Assembly: GCF_000011125.1 (NCBI RefSeq)
Contig: NC_000854.2
Span: 1,620,001-1,652,000, forward strand
Length of the DNA: 32,000 bases
Direction: 5' to 3'
Source of the DNA: Aeropyrum pernix K1
GTDB taxonomy: Archaea > Thermoproteota > Thermoprotei_A > Sulfolobales > Acidilobaceae
Below the pieces are notes generated by a model, which worked only from the letters and a program-made list of their open reading frames with translations, made no database searches and was not told where the DNA came from. Positions 9,001 to 14,988 of the stretch are shown in pieces. How positions within the stretch are numbered: position 1 is the stretch's first letter; each line of letters begins with the position of its first letter. The translations under genes were made by a program, and so were the position numbers.

Positions 9001-9115
9001 GCCATACGTACACATCGTAGCCGCAGCCCACGTTGCAGAACTGGCACATAGTTGTGTAGTGCTGGGCCCCCTTTGGGGGTAGAGGTACTCTCCCCATCCT
9101 CGGGTAGACCATCAC
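6092..9115 (-). CDS. aioA: Arsenite oxidase-type molybdopterin oxidoreductase, large subunit
   Basis: 1007 aa with a collinear match to remembered Alcaligenes faecalis AioA. Matching segments: [28 protein letters not shown] (C-x2-C-x3-C, 3Fe-4S type), [91 protein letters not shown]. No signal peptide of its own. GTGATG start overlaps the aioB stop. Confidence 0.9.
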   Translation of the reverse strand: [1007 protein letters not shown]

Positions 9116-9744
9116 GCCTTCACCCCCTGCAGGTTGTCGTAACGGCCGTACACTAGGGCCGTGAAACCGACTGCAAAAATGTCGCCCGAGGCCTCGTCAT
9201 ACTCAAGGATAACCTGTGGTAGATATTCGGTCGCGTGGCCTACCACAGGCTGTCCACCCCTAGACGGGTCGAACTGGGAGAAGTGTAGGGGGCAAATCAA
9301 TGTCTTTGTGTTACCGTCGAATATGAGGAAACCGCCCATGTGGGTGCATAGCATGCTGAAAGCTACAATATCCTTGTCAGGCCCGACACCGTTGACAGCC
9401 TCCTCCCCAAGCTTTATAACTACAATCCTATGGCCAATGTACTCCTTGAAAACAGGCTGCCCCTCCCTGAGCTCGCTAACGTTTGCAATCTTAACCTTGG
9501 GATACTTTTTCTCCACAAGCTGAACCTGAGTTTGGGTCTCAGTGACAGTAGCAGTCTCAGTCGCGGTGGCCGTGACAGTCTGCGTCGGCCCAGGCTTCAC
9601 AACCTCCTTTTCCCTCGGGAATGCAGTGCTCCCTACAACAGCTCCCACTATGAATGCAGCGGCGCCAGCACCAGCAGCGGCAAGAAATTCTCTCCTGGTT
9701 ATACGTAGACCCTTATCTTCCCCACCATTATCACTCCTGGACAC
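9112..9744 (-). CDS. aioB: Arsenite oxidase-type Rieske [2Fe-2S] small subunit with Tat signal/anchor
   Basis: 210 aa. Twin-arginine motif ITRREFLAAAGAGAAAF. Thr/Val/Ala/Glu-rich linker. Rieske boxes CTHMGG and CPLHFSQF. GTG start preceded by AAGGAGGGTGA. Confidence 0.85.
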   Translation of the reverse strand: MSRSDNGGEDKGLRITRREFLAAAGAGAAAFIVGAVVGSTAFPREKEVVKPGPTQTVTATATETATVTETQTQVQLVEKKYPKVKIANVSELREGQPVFKEYIGHRIVVIKLGEEAVNGVGPDKDIVAFSMLCTHMGGFLIFDGNTKTLICPLHFSQFDPSRGGQPVVGHATEYLPQVILEYDEASGDIFAVGFTALVYGRYDNLQGVKA

Positions 9745-9847
9745 TTATAAGTCACCCTCCTTAAGGGGGGAAGTCATTAAACTCAAATAATCGGGGAATT
9801 AGTAGATATTTCTTGTTAAAATGTTAGTATTGATAAAACAGAATTTC

Positions 9848-9988
9848 ATATGAGATAATATGAGAAAAATACAAATATAAGGCAACAATTATTAGGGGAA
9901 AACAGCTGAGGTGAGCATATTAACTATATTAACAGCATATTAACTATATTAACTAGGCTGTCTAGGAGCCATTTATGGAACCATTTAT
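9848..9988. repeat. Cluster of short phased AT-rich direct repeats in the lrp-TRASH/aioB intergenic region
   Basis: ATATGAGA occurs twice (9848-9855, 9858-9865). A perfect tandem 20-mer AGCATATTAACTATATTAAC occurs twice (9914-9933, 9934-9953), which equals four copies of YATATTAAC. CCATTTAT occurs twice (9969-9976, 9981-9988). Confidence 0.85.
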
Positions 9989-10098
9989 CTTTTGGGGACC
10001 CCGTCTACTGTAATTGTTACCGTTCTGACCTTCAATACACTGGCTTCAGGAAATAGACACAGAAGGTGTAAACATCCTACACAGTGTTGAAACCATGT

Positions 10099-10731
10099 TC
10101 AACCCTTAAGCCTACCTTTGTCTAAATTTAGTTTGAAATAGGCTTCAGCGCATCTCTCGTTGTGAAACACGAGGATCCTACCGTCGTCCAGCACAACAGT
10201 ATATGGCCTACCGACTATAATGCTCTGGCAGAAGGAGCATTTAGCTTGAACTTTTGTAAGTGGTTTCTCAGGTACCCAGGGCTCGTCTCCAACTTCCCTG
10301 TCGATGAATATTGTGTTTTCAACCTGGAAGCCTGCCTTCTCAATTCTTCTTACAATCTCGTCAACACCTCCAGGATCTAGAGTTCTTGCTAGCACTGCCC
10401 CGAAACCTCGCTTAGACGAGTAGAAGATCCTTTCTATCTCGCTGGATTTGACGGCGGAGATGTCTGTATTGCCGTCCTCGCCCTCTGGAGCCTGGAATAG
10501 TATTAGGTAGGTTAGGGCTCCGAGGACCTCGGGGTCTATTGAAGCCTTACAGCCTTTAATGACGCCCAGCGCCTTTAACCTCCTTATTCTTTTCCTCACG
10601 TTTGGAACGCTGACCCCTACGGCTTGGGATATTTTGTTAATGGCTGTGGTACAGTCATTGGCAAGTATTCTCAAAATCTCAATGTCGATTGCATCGATCC
10701 CCCGTGATCTTAGGCTCAATATGTCACCCAC
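10099..10731 (-). CDS. Lrp/AsnC-family transcriptional regulator fused to a C-terminal TRASH-like C2HC domain
   Basis: 210 aa. N-terminal HTH_AsnC pattern IDIEILRILANDCTTAINKISQAVGVSVPNVRKRIRRLKALGVIKG. Central RAM-like domain. C-terminus CSFC-x21-H-x3-C-AEAYF fits the TRASH/L24e-type pattern. An alternative TTG start at 10719 has GGTGA 4 nt upstream. Confidence 0.8.
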   Translation of the reverse strand: MGDILSLRSRGIDAIDIEILRILANDCTTAINKISQAVGVSVPNVRKRIRRLKALGVIKGCKASIDPEVLGALTYLILFQAPEGEDGNTDISAVKSSEIERIFYSSKRGFGAVLARTLDPGGVDEIVRRIEKAGFQVENTIFIDREVGDEPWVPEKPLTKVQAKCSFCQSIIVGRPYTVVLDDGRILVFHNERCAEAYFKLNLDKGRLKG

Positions 10732-10772
10732 TAATGGCTAGTGTTCAACTATCCTGTTAAAGCGGCAACTCG

Positions 10773-11426
10773 TCACACAAAACTTCCGAGTCTCAAGCTC
10801 GTAGAGCCCTGTATTCTCTTGGCTAGGACGTATGAGTTGTGGTGGAGAAGGAGGAGTGACCCTGCCGCTATGGGGATCCAAAACTTGGTTAGTACGAGGA
10901 CGAAGCTTATGGCTCCGAGGCCAAGGCCAGCTGCGGATAGTGCCACTGGTAAGATGCCTATGCAGCAGGAGGAGGCGGATATTAATGGTATAGCTGTGGA
11001 TACAATTGTTCTAAAAAGTGTTAGTTTCCCTCTCTCTAACCCTGCCCTATAAGCTTCCCCTAGTTCGACCCTGCAGTCGCAGTCCTGGGAGTTTAGATAC
11101 TGTATTAGGGTGATGTTGAGGGATAAGAACATACCGACTATGATTCCAAGCAGCAGGAGAGGCGTGTCAAGGACTATGATGACCCTTCCAAGGGAGACTG
11201 CTAAGGCTGGCAGGCTGGGGGCTATAAGGCTTGGAAACACTGAGATAGAGGCCTCAACAGAGCTGCCGAGTCTGAACATTCCAGACGCTGGAAGAAACAG
11301 TGTCAGGAACCCGGCGAATATCATTAGGAATCGTATTCTCCATTTGGGGAGTGATAATATGAAGCGAGATTTTCTATAGGGGTCTATTGTATAGTTTATC
11401 AACGATGTTCCAGGACTGAATCTCAT
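10773..11426 (-). CDS. Polytopic membrane protein with CDC loop motif and intramembrane SCC-x4-P motif (function unknown)
   Basis: 217 aa with about 5 hydrophobic segments. Loop NSQDCDCRVE. TM segment LISASSCCIGILPVALSAAGLGLG. ATG preceded by GGAGGGTGAT, which overlaps the upstream gene's stop (translational coupling). Confidence 0.6.
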   Translation of the reverse strand: MRFSPGTSLINYTIDPYRKSRFILSLPKWRIRFLMIFAGFLTLFLPASGMFRLGSSVEASISVFPSLIAPSLPALAVSLGRVIIVLDTPLLLLGIIVGMFLSLNITLIQYLNSQDCDCRVELGEAYRAGLERGKLTLFRTIVSTAIPLISASSCCIGILPVALSAAGLGLGAISFVLVLTKFWIPIAAGSLLLLHHNSYVLAKRIQGSTSLRLGSFV

Positions 11427-11432
11427 GCTTAA

Positions 11433-12098
11433 TCACCCTCCTTGGACACTTTTTATGACAGACTCTAGCTCGCCAAGGCTAGGCGTTGTACCAGCGTAGA
11501 GAACGTTGCTGGACTTATCCATGATTACAATATAGTCAATACTTCTGACATTGAACTTTTCCACTAAGCTGCCGTCATCCATAACCATGATCCACGAAGG
11601 GTCACCATAGTTGGCTATAAATTTACGGAACATCTCCGGCGTGTCTGGTGGTGGGTAGCCTGGCTTGTTTAGACCTAGAGCCTTCAGCGCTTCTGCTGTC
11701 CAAAAGTCAATAGCAATGACGCTTATTTCCCTGTATTTTTCGGTGAGCCTGTCTAATAAATCAGCCATATATACGCACGAGGGGCACCAGGCTGCCATAA
11801 ACCAGAGGATAACAACATCGCCTCCAACATTATTAAGGCTGATTACTTCCCCGTCGATAGTTGTCAGTGAAAACGAAGCCTCTCGCTCCAGCACCTCCTC
11901 CGAATGCCCGGCGGCTCGAGGGATAGCTATGGTGTATGCTGTATATCCAGCTACTAGCAGGAGAACTATAGCGGCGGTAACAATAACAGCTTGCCTGGCG
12001 CCCATACGTGATACGCCTTCACGCCTGTAATTTCGCGTGTCTAAACAGGCTACTCCAAAACTCTGCAATAGGTAGCTGCTGCTCGGAGCTGGAAGCAT
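11433..12098 (-). CDS. Membrane-anchored thioredoxin-fold thiol:disulfide oxidoreductase (TlpA/ResA-like)
   Basis: WFMAAWCPSCVYM carries a WCxxC active site. A single N-terminal TM (AVIVTAAIVLLLVAGY) precedes the Trx domain. An alternative ATG at 12005 (MGARQ...) would give a shorter cytoplasmic tail. Confidence 0.8.
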   Translation of the reverse strand: MLPAPSSSYLLQSFGVACLDTRNYRREGVSRMGARQAVIVTAAIVLLLVAGYTAYTIAIPRAAGHSEEVLEREASFSLTTIDGEVISLNNVGGDVVILWFMAAWCPSCVYMADLLDRLTEKYREISVIAIDFWTAEALKALGLNKPGYPPPDTPEMFRKFIANYGDPSWIMVMDDGSLVEKFNVRSIDYIVIMDKSSNVLYAGTTPSLGELESVIKSVQGG

Positions 12099-12421
12099 GC
12101 GTTAGCTCGAAGACCGTGTTCCCTCCACGGCTAACCTTGATAGACCAGATAAAAACTTGACTCATCTTGACACGCCTAATTATATAGTTGACGGTAGGCT
12201 GGATATTCCTACTGTGAAAAAGAGGATACTGTGGATGAGTGATGCGCGTTAAATGTAAGGCCTGTATTTAACTCTTACCGGAAATAGGCTTCTTTGGATC
12301 TCAGCATAGTAAGAAAATGAAACAAGGCTTAGAGGCTTTAGTGTAGAGGCATAGGGCTAGAATTGACAATGCTTCTAACGTTGCATTAGAATCATTATCA
12401 TTGTCTGTCGGGAGAGGCTTG

Positions 12422-12820
12422 CTACACTGGTAACGACTGTACGCTAAGCACTCCGCTCAGGCTCCTCAACTTTTTAACGATAGTTCTCCAGTCGTCTTTA
12501 CCTCCTACTACGGCTATTGTTATACAGTAGGGGCCTTGAAGTATCTGGTGGTAGAGTGCTATGAGCTCCTCACTATACGAGTGTATGAGCCCCACTATGT
12601 TCTTGTCAACATATGGACTCGACTTGTGGTCGCTGAGTACCACGATGAGCCGGTAGCTGCCTGAGGACTTGTTATCCTCATCTTCCAGGAACGTTTGGAG
12701 AGCCGTCTTTATGAGGTCACTTCTGCTTTTGAAGCCGTACTCCTCTACGGCCCTGTCAACCTTCCTCACTAAATGGTCTGGCAGGCTTACGCTGACTACT
12801 GTTACCACTTCTCTCACCAA
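12422..12820 (-). CDS. NikR-like ribbon-helix-helix regulator with C-terminal ACT-like metal-binding domain
   Basis: 132 aa. RHH signature VSVSLPDHLVRKVDRAVEEYGFKSRSDLIKTALQTFL. The C-terminal half aligns to remembered E. coli NikR, with His/His/Cys at positions equivalent to H76, H87 and C95 but Ile at H89. TTG/GTG start with a likely leaderless transcript. Confidence 0.7.
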   Translation of the reverse strand: MVREVVTVVSVSLPDHLVRKVDRAVEEYGFKSRSDLIKTALQTFLEDEDNKSSGSYRLIVVLSDHKSSPYVDKNIVGLIHSYSEELIALYHQILQGPYCITIAVVGGKDDWRTIVKKLRSLSGVLSVQSLPV

Positions 12821-12864
12821 TTAATAAATAGTCATTAGTAAGTTAATAAATCTTCATTAAGTAC
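12821..12864. repeat. Imperfect 22-bp tandem repeat filling most of the nikR-like/ATPase divergent promoter
   Basis: TTAATAAATAGTCATTAGTAAG (12821-12842) followed by TTAATAAATCTTCATTAAGTAC (12843-12864). The minus sense contains TTTATTAA (TATA-like) in each unit. Confidence 0.7.
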
Positions 12865-12892
12865 TTGCAAAATTTAATATCCTATAAACCCC

Positions 12893-14758
12893 ATGTTTAC
12901 TAAATGTTGGGTGTATACGGCAATGGTGGAGAAGGGCCGTAAGCATGAAGAGGTAGAGGAGGCTCATGGGGATTACGGCCATGTTGAGAAGGAGATTTTC
13001 ATGGTAAACGGATTGCTAAGCGTGCTTGGCCTCATGCTATTGTTCCTAGGCATCCAGGAGGTCTCCATAGCTTCTCTATGGGTAATAACCCTTATACTAT
13101 CAATAGCGGCTGTCCGAGAGCTGGTTCTGGAGAGGAGGCTCACAGTCGAGCTCCTAATGGCTATAGTGGGCTTCATACTTGCATACCACGGGATAGTGTT
13201 TGAAGGACTCATAATAATGCTGCTCTACAGCTTCGCCGAGACTCTTGAGGCGCAGGTAGAGAAGCTGGCTCTCCGCAGGCTCGAAGAGGCTAAGAGGCTG
13301 ATACCGAAGAGGGTCAGGGTCGTCCGGGACGGGTCTATAGAAGAGGTGGATGCCTCGCAGGTAAAGCCTGGAGATGTTGTTCTAGTCAGGAAAGGCGAGG
13401 CGGTTCCAGTTGATGGAGTTCTCCTAGATACCGGAGTATTCGACCTCAGGCTCATTACGGGGGAGAGCGAGCCGGTTACTGTGGAAGGAGGGAGGGCTAT
13501 AGAGAGTGGTGCGATAAACGTTGGCCAGCCTGTTAAGGTTAAGGCTGTGAAGAGCCCTCTTGAGTCGACCATACAGAGGATAGTCTCCAGCGCTCTCGAG
13601 CTTCTTAGGGAGAAGGGGGCCACTCAGAGGCTTATAGATAGGCTTGCTCCCTACATGATAGTAATCGTCATAGGAGCGTTTATAGCGGCTTACATAACCC
13701 TTGGGCCGGAGAAAAGCGTAGTCCTACTACTAGCAGGATGTCCAAGCGCGTTTATAATAGCTAGCTCGGCAGCGACAAGCTACTCTATAGCAACCCTGGC
13801 GACAAGAGGCATAGTAGCAAGAGGAGGTAGAAGTCTAGAGGCTGCGGGCAAGATAAAGGCGGTAGTCCTGGATAAAACGGGCACAATTACAATGGGCACG
13901 CTGAAGCCTTCAAGAGTCGTGGTACTAAGAGGGGCGGCGAGCCAGGACGGACTTCTCAACCTGGTAGCTGCAGCAGCTTCAACCAGCCTACACCCCTTGA
14001 GCATAGCAATAGCGAGGCGTTGGAGGCCTATGGGTAATGTGGAGAAGGTGGAGGAAGTTCCTGGACGGGGACTGAGGGCTGTCGTCTCAGGTAGGACGCT
14101 CCTACTAGGGTCGGAGAGGTTCTTAGAGGAGGAGGTGGGATACAGGCCGGAGAACCCCTGTGTAGATGAGGTTCCAGTGTTCGCCCACGTGGACGGGACA
14201 ACCTTGGCTATCTGTATGAGTGAGGAAGTGGACGAGAAGACCAAAGCAGCCATAAATGAGATGAAGAGGATGGGGCTAAATCTTGTGCTAGCGAGCGGTG
14301 ATAGGAGGAATAAGGTGGAGAAGATTGCCAGAGAGCTCGGTATCGATGAATACCATGCCGAGCTCAAGCCCGAAGACAAGCTAGAGATAGTCAGTAAGGT
14401 AAGGGAGAAATATGATCCCGTCTCCATGATAGGTGATGGAGTCAACGACCTCGAAGCTCTAGCGGCGAGTGATCTGGGGGTTGCCGTGGGCAACATTGAT
14501 GCTGTAAGAAACCTTGCTGACGCAGTCCTTGTTAACGGAGTTGCAGACGCCCCGAGGCTCTACAGGATGGGCAGGTCATACCTGGCAGGCCTGAAGGCAG
14601 GCCTCGTGGCAGCTACCATAGTAAAGCTCGCGGTGATCATACTGGGTATTGGCGGTTCAATACCACTGTGGCTCGTGGCACTACTGGGCGACGACGGAAG
14701 CACTATCATAGGCAGTGTAGCCGCTGTAGCCGTGATACTCCTCACGTATAGGGGCTGA
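12893..14758 (+). CDS. P1B-type heavy-metal-transporting ATPase without an HMA domain and with an atypical CPS transmembrane motif
   Basis: 621 aa. DKTGTITMG phosphorylation site, TGESEPV, SLHPLS (HP motif), GDGVNDLEALAASDLGVAVG. TM motif LLLAGCPSAF where CPC/CPH/SPC is usual. C-terminal TM has LLGDDGSTII. Short His/Glu-rich N-terminus (KHEEVEEAHGDYGHVEKE). The start could instead be at a downstream Met. Confidence 0.9.
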   Translation: MFTKCWVYTAMVEKGRKHEEVEEAHGDYGHVEKEIFMVNGLLSVLGLMLLFLGIQEVSIASLWVITLILSIAAVRELVLERRLTVELLMAIVGFILAYHGIVFEGLIIMLLYSFAETLEAQVEKLALRRLEEAKRLIPKRVRVVRDGSIEEVDASQVKPGDVVLVRKGEAVPVDGVLLDTGVFDLRLITGESEPVTVEGGRAIESGAINVGQPVKVKAVKSPLESTIQRIVSSALELLREKGATQRLIDRLAPYMIVIVIGAFIAAYITLGPEKSVVLLLAGCPSAFIIASSAATSYSIATLATRGIVARGGRSLEAAGKIKAVVLDKTGTITMGTLKPSRVVVLRGAASQDGLLNLVAAAASTSLHPLSIAIARRWRPMGNVEKVEEVPGRGLRAVVSGRTLLLGSERFLEEEVGYRPENPCVDEVPVFAHVDGTTLAICMSEEVDEKTKAAINEMKRMGLNLVLASGDRRNKVEKIARELGIDEYHAELKPEDKLEIVSKVREKYDPVSMIGDGVNDLEALAASDLGVAVGNIDAVRNLADAVLVNGVADAPRLYRMGRSYLAGLKAGLVAATIVKLAVIILGIGGSIPLWLVALLGDDGSTIIGSVAAVAVILLTYRG

Positions 14759-14988
14759 GAGTAGAGAATAGTTGTATACCATGCGTTGAAGAGGCTTTAG
14801 CAGGGGGAATTTACCCTTATTGATTAACTAACTCCATTCATAATAGTCGCTATTACCACATATCAAGCAATCTTAGACCGTTCTCGAATGCCTTGATATA
14901 ATTGCATGGCTGTTTATGGCGTCTAGGGCTGGAGATTAATGATAGGTTTAGGCGATCTTTTATGTCTACCCACAAGCTAAACTATGTT

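Noticed and set aside
9540-9600. Repetitive GTCTCAGT/GCAGT DNA in aioB.
   Set aside because: It encodes the Thr/Val/Ala/Glu-rich linker (TVTATATETATVTETQTQ) after the Tat anchor. This is a typical low-complexity surface linker and not a separate element.
9914-9953. Perfect 20-bp tandem repeat considered as a CRISPR fragment.
   Set aside because: There are only two directly abutting units with no spacers. They are AT-rich and far shorter than archaeal CRISPR repeats, and no cas genes are present.
12233-12300. GGATGAGTGATGC resembling a C/D-box sRNA C box in the long intergenic region.
   Set aside because: There is no CUGA D box and no C'/D' pair at appropriate spacing on either strand, and no terminal stem.
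12365-12405. Nested inverted repeat GACAATG-C-TTCTAA-CGTTGCA-TTAGAA-TCATTAT-CATTGTC just downstream of the NikR-like stop.
   Set aside because: The stems are short and AT-rich, with a large asymmetric internal loop and no following T-tract. It could be a weak 3' structure, but there is too little evidence to call it a terminator or an RNA gene.
13780-14496. 238-aa minus-strand ORF inside the P-type ATPase gene.
   Set aside because: It is antisense to a CDS that has all the P-type ATPase motifs. Its translation is Ser/Thr/Leu/Pro-rich shadow sequence.
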